From an uncultured Methanosarcinales archaeon (GTDB lineage: Archaea; Nanobdellota; Nanobdellia; Woesearchaeales; WJKL01), in contig CAZFSZ010000003.1 of the NCBI GenBank assembly GCA_964521755.1, forward strand, positions 1 to 63,617: DNA of 63,617 bases, in the 5' to 3' direction. Positions within the stretch are counted from its first letter, which is position 1. The number at the start of each line of letters is the position of its first letter. The notes under the pieces were generated by a model. It did not search any database, was not told where the DNA came from, and saw only the letters and a list, made by a program, of their open reading frames with translations. Shown here piece by piece: positions 8,915-19,167 of the stretch. A program made the position numbers and the translations under genes.

Positions 8915-10387
8915 ATGGGTTATGCGAGAAAAGCTGCTAAAAGCACAATTATTGTATTTGTTATAAGTATAGCTGCTGCTTTCTTAGGATATTTAATTAG
9001 AATGGTTTTAGCTAGGAAACTAACTCCTGCTGACTATGGTTTATTTTTTGCTGTCTTTACTTTTGTAAATTTTATTAGTATCTTTAAAAATTTGGGTTTA
9101 ACACATGCATTAGTCAAGTATATTCCTGACTTTCAAGTCAAGAAAAAACTAGATTCAATTAAAAGTGCTATCGTTACTGTTTTAGGTGTGAAAGTAGTTC
9201 TCTCTTTGATCTTTGCTTTGGGTATAATTTTATTTTCAGGCTATCTGGCTGACCATTATTTTAAAAATAAAGCTGCCGTTCCTTTACTTTTTATATTTGC
9301 CCTCATCATTGTAATTCAAAACTTAAAAGAAACACTTAAACTTCTTTTCAATGCTTTCCAAAAAATGACTTCTTTTTCATTTATGTATTTTATTGAAAAT
9401 CTAACGGTCTTAACTCTTATAATATTATTTTCTTATCTAAATCTCGGTGTTCTTTCTCCGGCTTTAGCTTACTTGTCTGCCTATTTGTTTGTTTTTGTTT
9501 TGTTCTTTCCTATCTTCCTTAAAACCTACAACATCTTTAGATATAAAACAAATCTGTCTTCCCAATTAACAAAAAAGCTCTTTAAATTTGGAATCCTCAC
9601 TACACTAGCAGGAGTTGGAGGCACCATCATCCTTTACACAGACACATTAATATTAACTCACTTCAGCTCTTTAGAAGAAGTCGGTATCTATAACGTTGTA
9701 GTTCCTACCGCTATGCTCCTTGACTTCTTTGGAAAATCTGTAGGACAGGTTATTTTTCCAATGGTTTCTGAACTTCATGCTAAAAAACTTAAAAAATACA
9801 TCTCTAAGGGCGCCCTACTATTACAAAAATATTCTTTTATCATCGTCATCCCTGCTGCATTGATTATGTTTTCTTTTCCTAGATTAATCATAAAAACATT
9901 ATTCGGAGCAGAATATATTTCTGGAGCTTTAACTTTACAACTATTAGTTATTGGGCTCATCTTTTTAGTTATAGCAAAAATCAATATGACTTTGTTAAGG
10001 GCCATCGATAAACCAGAACTTGGAACCAAAATGATGCTCATAGGTGGTTTATTCAACCTTCTAACTAATTTTTATTTTATACCCAAATTTGGCATGGTCG
10101 GAGCAGGTATAACTTCTCTGGCTAGTTACTTATTAACTTTAATTGTTTCTATATTCTACTTAACCAAACACATCGAAATAAAAACCCTTTGGTTTAATTG
10201 GCTAAAGATATTCCTTTCTGGAATAATCTTCATTGGAACTATTGACTTAATTAAAAACATCCTAGACATCAACATCTTCCTGGAAGCTACCTTGGCTATT
10301 TTTTTAGGAGGAATTGTCTACTTATTTTCCATTTGGTTATTTAGAGTTGTTAATATAAAAGAACTAAGGAATGTATTTGGTTTCTAA
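8915..10387 (+). CDS. polysaccharide/oligosaccharide flippase (MOP/Wzx family)
   Basis: About 14 predicted TM helices with a Wzx-like length and layout. Start set at MGYARKAAKS (8915), with TTTAAATA at 8885-8892. Confidence 0.7.
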   Translation: MGYARKAAKSTIIVFVISIAAAFLGYLIRMVLARKLTPADYGLFFAVFTFVNFISIFKNLGLTHALVKYIPDFQVKKKLDSIKSAIVTVLGVKVVLSLIFALGIILFSGYLADHYFKNKAAVPLLFIFALIIVIQNLKETLKLLFNAFQKMTSFSFMYFIENLTVLTLIILFSYLNLGVLSPALAYLSAYLFVFVLFFPIFLKTYNIFRYKTNLSSQLTKKLFKFGILTTLAGVGGTIILYTDTLILTHFSSLEEVGIYNVVVPTAMLLDFFGKSVGQVIFPMVSELHAKKLKKYISKGALLLQKYSFIIVIPAALIMFSFPRLIIKTLFGAEYISGALTLQLLVIGLIFLVIAKINMTLLRAIDKPELGTKMMLIGGLFNLLTNFYFIPKFGMVGAGITSLASYLLTLIVSIFYLTKHIEIKTLWFNWLKIFLSGIIFIGTIDLIKNILDINIFLEATLAIFLGGIVYLFSIWLFRVVNIKELRNVFGF

Positions 10388-10480
10388 ATATCAATATTGT
10401 CTGTTATTTTTAACTCTTTGTATTCTTTCATAATTTTCTTTAAAACAATTTATCTAAAAATAACACAAGAGTGTTTGTCA

Positions 10481-11221
10481 TCATATTTCATTAAAATAAT
10501 TAATATTCTTTATATCGTTTTCTAAAGAAGATCCTTTTTTAGGCACTTCAAAAGTCACTCTCTTTTCCTTACCAATACATTTCTTTAAAAAAGAAGCATC
10601 TAAATCTCCTTCCCATAAATTTAAATGTTTATCTTTTTCATTACTTAAATCTGCTCCACAAATATGGAAAATATTTGGATTAAATTTAAGATAATTTTGT
10701 ATGGCTTCTTTATAATCTTTTCCCTGACTTAAAGCACTTTTAGCTGCATGACCAAAGTCTAAACAAAACCCAAGATTTCCTATTTTTAATAATTCTCTAA
10801 ATTCCTTAATATTATAAGCAACAAAAATTTCCCCATCAACCAATGATTTTTTAGGAACATTCTCTAATATAATTCTGTTATCTTTTATTTGCTTTAAAAA
10901 ATATTTTGTATTCTCTATACCTCCACCAAAACCAGGATGGAAGATTACTTGTTTTGAATTTAACTTATCTGCAAAAGATAAAGTTTCTTTTAACTTCTCC
11001 ATATTGGAATCAAATAAACTCTTATCAGCCATATTAAAACCATGCCCATAATGTGGACCATGAATTACTATCTGCATCTTTAACTTCTCAAAATCAAAAC
11101 CTTCATAAGAACCAGGAACAGTATATAATTCCACATAATTAATTATTTCTTTTTCGTATAATCTATTGGCTTCTTCAAACCATTCTTCATTAGTTGTCCA
11201 TAGTTTTATTCCTGGTTTCAT
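10481..11221 (-). CDS. xylose-isomerase-like TIM-barrel protein (sugar phosphate isomerase/epimerase family)
   Basis: AP_endonuc_2-like pattern (VIFHPG, CLDFGHA, HICGAD). Last gene of the sugar operon, with a 4-nt overlap with the GNAT gene. Confidence 0.6.
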   Translation of the reverse strand: MKPGIKLWTTNEEWFEEANRLYEKEIINYVELYTVPGSYEGFDFEKLKMQIVIHGPHYGHGFNMADKSLFDSNMEKLKETLSFADKLNSKQVIFHPGFGGGIENTKYFLKQIKDNRIILENVPKKSLVDGEIFVAYNIKEFRELLKIGNLGFCLDFGHAAKSALSQGKDYKEAIQNYLKFNPNIFHICGADLSNEKDKHLNLWEGDLDASFLKKCIGKEKRVTFEVPKKGSSLENDIKNINYFNEI

Positions 11222-11691
11222 TCTTTATCATCATTGCTCAGTTTCATTATTAAAAGATTATTTTTTCCTCTCTCTTTTTTAAACCCATTTCTTTTAAAAA
11301 TCTTTATTGAAGCAATATTATGTTTTTTTATCCTTCCTAAAATATATTTAAAATTTAAATCAGAAAAACCTATCTTACAAGCATTGGTCAAAACTTTATC
11401 TCCAATACCTTTCCCCCTATAAAATTTATGTAAAGCAAGGTTTATTTCAGCCCCGCCGTTCTTTTCATCAAACCTAACCTGTCCAATCCTGGAACCATCA
11501 AAAACAATAATGAACGTGTGTTTATCCTCATCAAATAATGATTTCGAAAACCAATCTCTATGCTCTTTAGGTGACACTCTTTCTTGGCTAATTGAGTTTT
11601 TACGGACAACAGCATCGTTCCTTAGATTAAAAAGGAACTTTGAATCTTCTTTTGTTGCTTCCCTTAAAGTTATCTTTTTCAATTTAATCAT
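11218..11691 (-). CDS. GNAT N-acetyltransferase (PseH-like position)
   Basis: Acetyl-CoA binding motif HKFYRGKGIGDKVL. Lies within the nonulosonic acid operon. Confidence 0.7.
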   Translation of the reverse strand: MIKLKKITLREATKEDSKFLFNLRNDAVVRKNSISQERVSPKEHRDWFSKSLFDEDKHTFIIVFDGSRIGQVRFDEKNGGAEINLALHKFYRGKGIGDKVLTNACKIGFSDLNFKYILGRIKKHNIASIKIFKRNGFKKERGKNNLLIMKLSNDDKE

Positions 11692-12511
11692 TATCTAATT
11701 TACATGCATTTACAACATTCTCCATCAACATAGCTACGGTCACAGGACCAACCCCTCCTGGAACAGGAGTAATATAAGATGCTTTATCTTCAACTTTCTC
11801 AATATCAACATCACCAAAGACTTTCTTTCCTTTTTTGGATATACCAGCATCGATTACAACTGCTCCCTCTTTAACATTTTTTATTAGACCGGGTTTGCCT
11901 ACAGCAGTTATCAATATATCAGCTTTTTTTACATGATAGTCTAAATTTTGAGTTTTTCTATGGCATAATGTAACAGTTGCCCCTCTGTTTACCAACATGA
12001 TTGCAAGAGGTTTTCCAACAATGTTGCTGCTATTGACTACTGCAACATTTCTGCCCGTGATTTCTACATCATTATCCTTTAATAATTTAATAATGGCTTT
12101 GGGAGTTGCGGGAGCAAAAATTTCTTTCCCAAACATTGTTTTCCCTAGATTTAAGAATGTTAGACCATCAACATCTTTTTTGTGATCAATTTTATTGAGT
12201 ATTTTTTCCTTTTCAAATTTATCAGGTAGAGGCAATTGTATTATTATTCCATTTGAAGTTTTATTCAGTTGTTCAATTTTGTTATACAATATCTCTTGAT
12301 CTATGCCCTTAGGAAAATTGTGTATCTTCACGTCAATTCCAATCTCCTTGCCCTTATCCTTCTTGATATTTGTATACAGTATAGATTCTGGATTATCTCC
12401 TACAAGCACTATTGATAAAACAGGTGTTTTCTTAAATTGTAAAATCTCTTTTTTGAGAGCTGAAAATACTTCTTCAGACAATTTTTTTCCATCCATTATT
12501 TTATTTTTCAT
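11684..12511 (-). CDS. folD: bifunctional methylene-THF dehydrogenase / methenyl-THF cyclohydrolase
   Basis: IIQLPLP, KKDVDG, TPVPGGVGPVTVAML. Confidence 0.9.
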   Translation of the reverse strand: MKNKIMDGKKLSEEVFSALKKEILQFKKTPVLSIVLVGDNPESILYTNIKKDKGKEIGIDVKIHNFPKGIDQEILYNKIEQLNKTSNGIIIQLPLPDKFEKEKILNKIDHKKDVDGLTFLNLGKTMFGKEIFAPATPKAIIKLLKDNDVEITGRNVAVVNSSNIVGKPLAIMLVNRGATVTLCHRKTQNLDYHVKKADILITAVGKPGLIKNVKEGAVVIDAGISKKGKKVFGDVDIEKVEDKASYITPVPGGVGPVTVAMLMENVVNACKLDND

Positions 12512-13055
12512 TTTTAGAACAACTGATTATTTTTTCTTCAGTAATTATAAAATCCATTTTTTCATCATGTTCTTCAAAAGGTATCTCATCCTTAACTTGA
12601 AAATTATAAGCTAAACCAACCTTCGTTGTATTTATATTATTAAGAAATTTATCATAATAGCCTCCCCCATAACCAATCCGAGCTCCGTTTCTATCAAAAA
12701 CCACGCCAGGGATAATCATCATATCGAGTTTTCCTTCAAATATTTTCTTCTTGGCTGGTTCAAAAACTCCAAATCGTCCCCTTTCTAAATCACCATCATA
12801 AGAAGAAAAATTCATCTCCATATGGTTACCTATGAAAGGAAGGTATATGTTTTTGTTTATATTTAATATATTTTTAGTAAAGACTTCTTTTCCCTTAGAA
12901 ACATAAAACCCAACATTTTGGCTCTGGTTAAACTTTTCCCAGTCTAAAAGCAAACCCATAATTATTTTGCTTCTTTTTTTAATCTCTTCTTCCGAAAGTG
13001 AATTCCTAATATTCAAAACTTGCCCTCTAATATTTTTTTTATTATCCATTTTCAA
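12501..13055 (-). CDS. 5-formyltetrahydrofolate cyclo-ligase
   Basis: MMIIPGVVFDRNGARIGYGGGYYDKFL is the family hallmark. 184 aa. Confidence 0.85.
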   Translation of the reverse strand: MKMDNKKNIRGQVLNIRNSLSEEEIKKRSKIIMGLLLDWEKFNQSQNVGFYVSKGKEVFTKNILNINKNIYLPFIGNHMEMNFSSYDGDLERGRFGVFEPAKKKIFEGKLDMMIIPGVVFDRNGARIGYGGGYYDKFLNNINTTKVGLAYNFQVKDEIPFEEHDEKMDFIITEEKIISCSKNEK

Positions 13056-13521
13056 TTTTCTCCAAGCTTTTTAGAAGAACTTGAGAATACAGTGGGTAAA
13101 GTTCATTGTAGACCTCTACTATTGATGTTCCTTCTATCTTCTTAAAATCTTCACAAATGACTTGCCCTTCATCTATATTTTCTGTCATAATATGGCAACC
13201 CACTGAAGCCTTTTTATTTCCATCAACCAACAACCTCTTAATCGGATCAGCCCCCTTGTATTTATACAAGCAAGGGTGCAAATTGATACATAAACCCATA
13301 TCAAGTATCTTTTTTGGAATAATTTTTCTACCATGACAACAAACAAACAAATCAAAATCATCAATTTCATCTAAAGTTATCTCTTCTAAATCAAAATTAC
13401 TAGCTAAATCTTTTATTAGAGCATCTTCAGCAATAACTCTTGGGCTATATCCTTTTGATAAAAGAGTAAGCAAAGCTATAATGCCTGCTTGTCTTCCCCC
13501 ATAAAAAATAACTTTTTTCAT
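13042..13521 (-). CDS. formyltransferase catalytic-core protein (candidate sugar N-formyltransferase)
   Basis: INLHPCLYKYKGADPI and VGCHIMTENIDEGQVI give the Asn/His/Asp triad of Formyl_trans_N. Only 159 aa, with no C-terminal domain. Confidence 0.7.
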   Translation of the reverse strand: MKKVIFYGGRQAGIIALLTLLSKGYSPRVIAEDALIKDLASNFDLEEITLDEIDDFDLFVCCHGRKIIPKKILDMGLCINLHPCLYKYKGADPIKRLLVDGNKKASVGCHIMTENIDEGQVICEDFKKIEGTSIVEVYNELYPLYSQVLLKSLEKIENG

Positions 13522-14579
13522 TATTTTTCTCCAATATCTTTTAAATTAAGAGGCTCTCCTCTCTCCAACTCTTTTTTTGCTTTTTTACCCAAAACTTTTT
13601 CATAATGTTTTGGTTCTAAACCATAACCAGGCCTAATGACTCTAATATTTGCCTTAGTAAATTTTTCTCCTTTTTTAATATCATTGACTGCATAAATTGA
13701 TCTTCTGAAAACCATGTTTTTAACCTCATCTCCCGTTATTTTATAGTTAACTTCCCCTATTGACTGCTCAGCATTTCTTACCTTTTTTACCATCTCTAAA
13801 AGTTCCTTTGATTCAAGAGAAAAGCTTGCATCTGGCCCCCCATCTTCTCTTTTTAAAGTAAAATGTTTTTCAATAGCAACTGCTCCCATAGATACAGCAA
13901 CAATAGGGGCAACTACACCTAAAGAATGATCAGACAAGCCAGATAAAACATCAAATCTGTTTGGAATATCTGCAATTGTCTTGAGATTCATCTCTTCAAA
14001 CTTTGCTGGATAAGAACTTACACAATGAAGCAATATAATATCTTCAGCACCATTTTCTTTTAATGTTTTTACTGCTTCTTTAATCTCTTTTTCATTTGCC
14101 ATACCTCTCGACATAATCACTGGTTTGCCAGTTTTTGCAATCTTTTTTAATAAAGGTAAATGAGTAATCTCAAAGGAAGCAATCTTGTAAAGATTGACAT
14201 TAAGATCTTCTAAAAAATCAACGGCAGTTTCATCAAATGGTGTTGAGAACCAAACAAGCCCTTTTGACTCTGCATATTTTTTTAATTCTGGCTGCCATCC
14301 CCAAGGTGTATGAGCCCATTCATAAAGATCATAAAGAGTTTTTCCTTCCCACTCTTTTTTCCCCTTTACAATAAAATCTTCCTTGTCGCTATCAATTGTC
14401 ATTGTATCTGGAGTATAAGTCTGCATTTTAACTGCATTAACACCAGCTTCAGCAGCCTTATCGATCAATTTCTTAGCTCTATCCAAATCATGATTATGAT
14501 TCCCAGACATCTCCGCAATAATAAATACTGGTTGATCTTTTCCAATTTTAATTTTTTTGTTTTTTGTTCTTATTTCCAT
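13521..14579 (-). CDS. nonulosonic acid synthase (NeuB/PseI/LegI family)
   Basis: FIIAEMSGNHNHDLDRAKKLID N-terminus, TIM-barrel body and a C-terminal SAF-like segment. Confidence 0.85.
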   Translation of the reverse strand: MEIRTKNKKIKIGKDQPVFIIAEMSGNHNHDLDRAKKLIDKAAEAGVNAVKMQTYTPDTMTIDSDKEDFIVKGKKEWEGKTLYDLYEWAHTPWGWQPELKKYAESKGLVWFSTPFDETAVDFLEDLNVNLYKIASFEITHLPLLKKIAKTGKPVIMSRGMANEKEIKEAVKTLKENGAEDIILLHCVSSYPAKFEEMNLKTIADIPNRFDVLSGLSDHSLGVVAPIVAVSMGAVAIEKHFTLKREDGGPDASFSLESKELLEMVKKVRNAEQSIGEVNYKITGDEVKNMVFRRSIYAVNDIKKGEKFTKANIRVIRPGYGLEPKHYEKVLGKKAKKELERGEPLNLKDIGEK

Positions 14580-14668
14580 TTTCTAATTTGTTAAACTTTT
14601 AAATAATTGTAAGTCAATGAAACAACACCGCATTTTATTTTTAAAAATTATGATTATCTTCTTAAATA

Positions 14669-15799
14669 TCAAGAGATCATTTCAAAATAGCGTAAATTAT
14701 CTTCGTTAAATTGTTTGATTTGTTCATTTATATCTTTAAATTTTTTAAAACTATTCTTAGTGTCTTGTTTTAAAAGAGGAATAATTTGTGAGATCTGGTC
14801 CCGATATTCTTCACAAAAAATATAACTAAGAAATATTATCTTTTTTTTGAAAAATTTTGGGAACAAGATATAAAATAATCTTAAAATAAGAGTTATTATT
14901 GTATTAAATTTTTTTTTAACTGGTGTAGGAACAGATATTTTTTTATTTATTGTTAAACCATAATCTATTCCTCTTCCATCTTGTTCTAACAAATAAGAAG
15001 GTTTTCCAAAAGATAGAGCTGTAACATGACCATGCACTCTATAACCAACATGTAAATCATATTTTTTATATTCTCTAAGGCCTTCTTTATTATTATATAA
15101 TAAAGAATAAGAAATATTCCTATATTCTAAAAATTTTTTAATCATTTCATTTTCTCCATGAAAAAGAACCTCTACCTCTGATTTTGGAAATAATGATTTA
15201 AGATTAGAAATAAGTAAATCAAGAGCTTTTATGTATCTCTGTTGAGAATGAGGATCAGATATTGCTATTTTTTTTACTTTACTACTAATATCAATTTTCT
15301 TTGAAAAATTTTTAAGAAAAGCTATATCTCCTGAAAAATGAGCTTTTTTTAAACCTAACTTTTCACAAAAATATTGAGAAAGATACCCTCTAGTTGTAAA
15401 AAAAATTGATTGCCTATCTAATTCCTTAATTAAATCAATATCCTTTTCACTATATCCAGATAACATAGATTCTTTTTTAAATATATCAAGAGAAGTACCA
15501 GCAGATACCACAGCCAATTTTTTATTTTTCTTAAGTATATATTTAAGTGTTGGGTAAAATTTAAGAATATTTTTTCTTATTGCAAAACAAGCAAAAATGA
15601 TTACATCTGCATTTTTAATTTTTTTAAGAGCTTTTTTGTCTTTTTTCTCCCGCCAAATTATCTCAATAGATATATTTTTTTGAGTCTTATTTAAAGCTTT
15701 AATAACAGATTGAGTAATAAGTAAATCGCCGATATTTTTTGATCCTTGTTCTGGATAAGTAGAGATGATTAAATAATTTTTTATTTTTTGTTTTTTCAT
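14669..15799 (-). CDS. polysaccharide pyruvyl transferase family protein
   Basis: GSKNIGDLLI, TTRGYLSQYFCEKLGL...SGDIAFL and GYRVHGHVTALSFGKPSYLL follow the PS_pyruv_trans pattern. Confidence 0.55.
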   Translation of the reverse strand: MKKQKIKNYLIISTYPEQGSKNIGDLLITQSVIKALNKTQKNISIEIIWREKKDKKALKKIKNADVIIFACFAIRKNILKFYPTLKYILKKNKKLAVVSAGTSLDIFKKESMLSGYSEKDIDLIKELDRQSIFFTTRGYLSQYFCEKLGLKKAHFSGDIAFLKNFSKKIDISSKVKKIAISDPHSQQRYIKALDLLISNLKSLFPKSEVEVLFHGENEMIKKFLEYRNISYSLLYNNKEGLREYKKYDLHVGYRVHGHVTALSFGKPSYLLEQDGRGIDYGLTINKKISVPTPVKKKFNTIITLILRLFYILFPKFFKKKIIFLSYIFCEEYRDQISQIIPLLKQDTKNSFKKFKDINEQIKQFNEDNLRYFEMIS

Positions 15800-16527
15800 T
15801 TTTGATTCACTCTTTCATTGATTTTTTTTAAAAAAGTATTTTTCTCAAGAAATTTTACAACTTGGTTTAAATCAAAAAAATTGTCTTTCGAATATAATTC
15901 TTTAAATATTTTATTTAATAGTTCAAAATCCTTATGTTCATCTAATGTTAATCGATATTCAGAATAATCTTCATCATTATTTAATGAATATATTTTAAAG
16001 TTAGATGCATTTTTATGTATGTATCTTGTAACATGTTCTCTATTAATTTTTTTAGTTGCTTTTGAATCAATTAGTTTTAACGTTTCAAAGGACAACATTT
16101 CTACATCATATCCTCTTGGAAATTTTCTTATTGGAAAAATATTTGATATATAATCATAATTAGCATCTTTAAAAATTTTAATTAGTTTATTAATAATATT
16201 TTTGTCAACTAAAGGACAATCTGAAGTAACTCGAATGATGTTACCAAGTTCAAATTTTTTGGCGCATTTATAATATCTGTCCAAGACATCCTCCTCTGAA
16301 CCTCTGAAGTATTTATAACTTTTTTCTTCACAAAAAGAAACAATCTCATCATCTTGTTTCTCAACAGTTGTAGCCACTATAACTTCATCTACATCGGATT
16401 TTTTACATCTTTCAACAACATGTTGTAAAACTGGCTTACCAACTAAATCTAACATAATTTTCCTAGGAAGCCTTGTAGAACCCATCCTTGCTTGAATTAT
16501 GATCCCTGTCTTATTCAAAGTAATCAC
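15796..16527 (-). CDS. cytidylyltransferase (SpsF/PseF-like, CMP-nonulosonic acid synthetase candidate)
   Basis: IIQARMGSTRLPRKIM N-terminal motif. About 240 aa. Confidence 0.75.
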   Translation of the reverse strand: MITLNKTGIIIQARMGSTRLPRKIMLDLVGKPVLQHVVERCKKSDVDEVIVATTVEKQDDEIVSFCEEKSYKYFRGSEEDVLDRYYKCAKKFELGNIIRVTSDCPLVDKNIINKLIKIFKDANYDYISNIFPIRKFPRGYDVEMLSFETLKLIDSKATKKINREHVTRYIHKNASNFKIYSLNNDEDYSEYRLTLDEHKDFELLNKIFKELYSKDNFFDLNQVVKFLEKNTFLKKINERVNQK

Positions 16528-17638
16528 CTATTGCTTTTATAACCTCTTTTTGCCCTTCATCCTTTAGACTAGGATATATGGGCAGACTAAGTATCTTTCC
16601 ATAAAAATCTTCTGCCTTTGGACATAATCCTCTCTCATAACCTAACTTTTGATAATAAGGATGCCAGTAAACAGGAATATAATGTACCTGGCATAAAATA
16701 TCATTTTCTTTTAAATAATTAAATAAATCCAATCTTTTTTCTTTGTCAACTTTAACGACAAACAAATGATAAGCATTCAATTGGCCTTCATTTTCCTCGA
16801 TCACTTCTACATTATCCATGTCCTCAAAGGCTTTCTTATACTTATCAGCAATTTCTCCCCTTTTAGCAACAAATTCATCTATTTTATTTAACTGGCTCAC
16901 TCCCAAAGCACATTGTATATCACTCAATCTATAATTAAAACCAAGCTCCTGCATTTCACAATACCAGGGGCCATCCTTATCATTAACAAAGTTGTCTTCC
17001 TTTTTTGTAATTCCATGTGTTCTCAATATCAACAACTTTTCATACAATTCCATTGAATTGGTAGTTATCATCCCTCCTTCCCCAGTAGTTATATGTTTAA
17101 CAGGATGAAAACTAAAAACTGCCATATCAGAATATTGACAATCTCCTATCTTTGAACCCTTATATTTACCACCTAAAGCATGACAGGCATCTTCAATTAT
17201 AATTAAATCATTTTTATCAGCAACTTTTTTTATCTTTTTCATATTACAAGCTAGCCCCGAATAATGAACAGGAACAATAACTTTAGTTTTATCGACAACT
17301 TTCTCTTCAATCTTATCAACATTAATCAAACCTCGTTCATTTATATCTACAAACCTTGGTTTTGCCCCACAATACAAACCACAATTAGCTGAAGCAGCAA
17401 AAGTCATCGGAGAAGTAATCAATTCATCTCCATCAGTTAAACCGGCTGCTAAACAAGCTAAATGTAAAGCTGCTGTACCATTAGCCACAGCTACAGCATA
17501 TTTAACTCCAACATAATCAGCAAACTTATCTTCAAACTCTTTAATCTTGGGCCCAGTAGTTAAGAAATCACTCTCTAAAACTTTCTTTACTTCTTCGACA
17601 TCTTTCTTATCAATTGTTTGTCTTCCATAATTTATCAT
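16511..17638 (-). CDS. DegT/DnrJ/EryC1-type PLP aminotransferase (PseC-like)
   Basis: Family layout with the PLP-lysine context SFHPVKHITTGEGG. Confidence 0.85.
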   Translation of the reverse strand: MINYGRQTIDKKDVEEVKKVLESDFLTTGPKIKEFEDKFADYVGVKYAVAVANGTAALHLACLAAGLTDGDELITSPMTFAASANCGLYCGAKPRFVDINERGLINVDKIEEKVVDKTKVIVPVHYSGLACNMKKIKKVADKNDLIIIEDACHALGGKYKGSKIGDCQYSDMAVFSFHPVKHITTGEGGMITTNSMELYEKLLILRTHGITKKEDNFVNDKDGPWYCEMQELGFNYRLSDIQCALGVSQLNKIDEFVAKRGEIADKYKKAFEDMDNVEVIEENEGQLNAYHLFVVKVDKEKRLDLFNYLKENDILCQVHYIPVYWHPYYQKLGYERGLCPKAEDFYGKILSLPIYPSLKDEGQKEVIKAIGDYFE

Positions 17639-18681
17639 ATTAAATCCAAATCCTCAAACAAATCTTTTACTTCTTCTTTTGAAACTACTGCATTCTTTGA
17701 ACTATATCCTTTTAATTTTTCTTCATTTAATCTTTTTCCTTTTTTGACATAAACAGCATTGTTCTTCTTATTGTACTTTTCTATTTGAGAAGTTATCACA
17801 AACATATTTTTAAACCCATAAGTCCTTGGCACCTCAGATGTATTAACCATCATTTCGTTAATCTTCTCTCCTGGCCTAATACCAATCATTTCCACTCCGT
17901 TGTTTGCATCATGTTTTTCTTTCAAAATTTCAATCAAATCTGTAATCTTAAATGCAGGTAACTTAGGAACAAAAACTTCTCCTCCCTTACCATATCTAAT
18001 AGCATCAAAAATAAGATCAACTGCTTTTTTTGGACTTATAATGAACCTAGTCATTCTTTCATCTGTCAAAGGAATTTTCTCTCCATTTTTTATCTTTGAC
18101 TCAAAAAAAGGTATTACTGATCCTGTACTTTGTAAAACATTTCCATATCTAACACAAGAAAAAATTGTTGGTTTATCTCCTTTATTATAATTACTTTCCA
18201 CAAAAATCCTTTCACTTACAAATTTACATGCTCCATATGTGTTGACCGGAGAACAAGCCTTGTCTGTAGAAACAAAAATGGCTTTTTTGACATTGTTCTC
18301 TAAGCAAGCATCTACCACGTTTTGAGTTCCTAAAACATTTGTTTTTATACATTCCTCTACATTATACTCTAAAATATCTAATCTCTTAAGAGCGGCTGCA
18401 TGAATCACTATATCGCAATCTCTAGCAGCTTTTTTCAATCTTTCTTTATCCCTTACATTTCCAATCAAATTCCTGATATTATCTTTATAATTAAGTTTAC
18501 TTAATTTATTATCTCCATTAAACCACTCTTTTAGTTTATGGTGTTTTACTTCATCTCTACTTAAAACACGAATAGAATGAGGTTTGTACTTTAAAATTCC
18601 TTTTATTAGGTGTCTTCCTAAAAAACCAGTGCCTCCTGTGATTAATATTGTTTTGCCTTCAAACATTTCTTCATTTTTCAT
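17635..18681 (-). CDS. UDP-GlcNAc 4,6-dehydratase (PseB/FlaA1/CapD-like SDR)
   Basis: ILITGGTGFLG, SRDEVKH, STDKACSPVNTYGACK (YxxxK). Confidence 0.85.
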   Translation of the reverse strand: MKNEEMFEGKTILITGGTGFLGRHLIKGILKYKPHSIRVLSRDEVKHHKLKEWFNGDNKLSKLNYKDNIRNLIGNVRDKERLKKAARDCDIVIHAAALKRLDILEYNVEECIKTNVLGTQNVVDACLENNVKKAIFVSTDKACSPVNTYGACKFVSERIFVESNYNKGDKPTIFSCVRYGNVLQSTGSVIPFFESKIKNGEKIPLTDERMTRFIISPKKAVDLIFDAIRYGKGGEVFVPKLPAFKITDLIEILKEKHDANNGVEMIGIRPGEKINEMMVNTSEVPRTYGFKNMFVITSQIEKYNKKNNAVYVKKGKRLNEEKLKGYSSKNAVVSKEEVKDLFEDLDLI

Positions 18682-19144
18682 CTAGATCACCTTTCCATAG
18701 ATTTAACATATCATAATCCTCAAACTTATGAACTTTTGTTGTCAAAGATTCAGACCAATCTACAATATTATCAAACTTTTTTCTCATCTCATCTGTAATT
18801 TTACCTAAATCATCATAATCTTTAGATATTATCACAATCTTAAAATCCCATTCTCCGGCAAGTTCTATCAATTCTGTCACTCTTTCATGTTTTCTCAAAT
18901 AATCAATAAATTCTTTTTTATCACCATGTAATTTAACCAACACTTCCACTATATTAGGAAAACCAAAATGTCTCGGTCTTAGTTGGACTTTTGGATAAAA
19001 CACTTCTCCTTCCATTTTTTCTATTCTTTTCTTTACAGAATCAACAGACAAATCCACTCTTTTACCAATATCCGTTAAAGACATCCTACAATTTTTTTGC
19101 AATAAATTAAGTATTTTGCAGTTTTTTTTGTCTAATTTAACCAT
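18671..19144 (-). CDS. Lrp/AsnC family transcriptional regulator
   Basis: N-terminal HTH (ILNLLQKNCRMSLTDIGKRVDLSVDSVKKRIEKM) plus a C-terminal RAM-like half. Confidence 0.8.
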   Translation of the reverse strand: MVKLDKKNCKILNLLQKNCRMSLTDIGKRVDLSVDSVKKRIEKMEGEVFYPKVQLRPRHFGFPNIVEVLVKLHGDKKEFIDYLRKHERVTELIELAGEWDFKIVIISKDYDDLGKITDEMRKKFDNIVDWSESLTTKVHKFEDYDMLNLWKGDLDEK

Positions 19145-19167
19145 TTTAACTTAAAAAATAAGACTAA

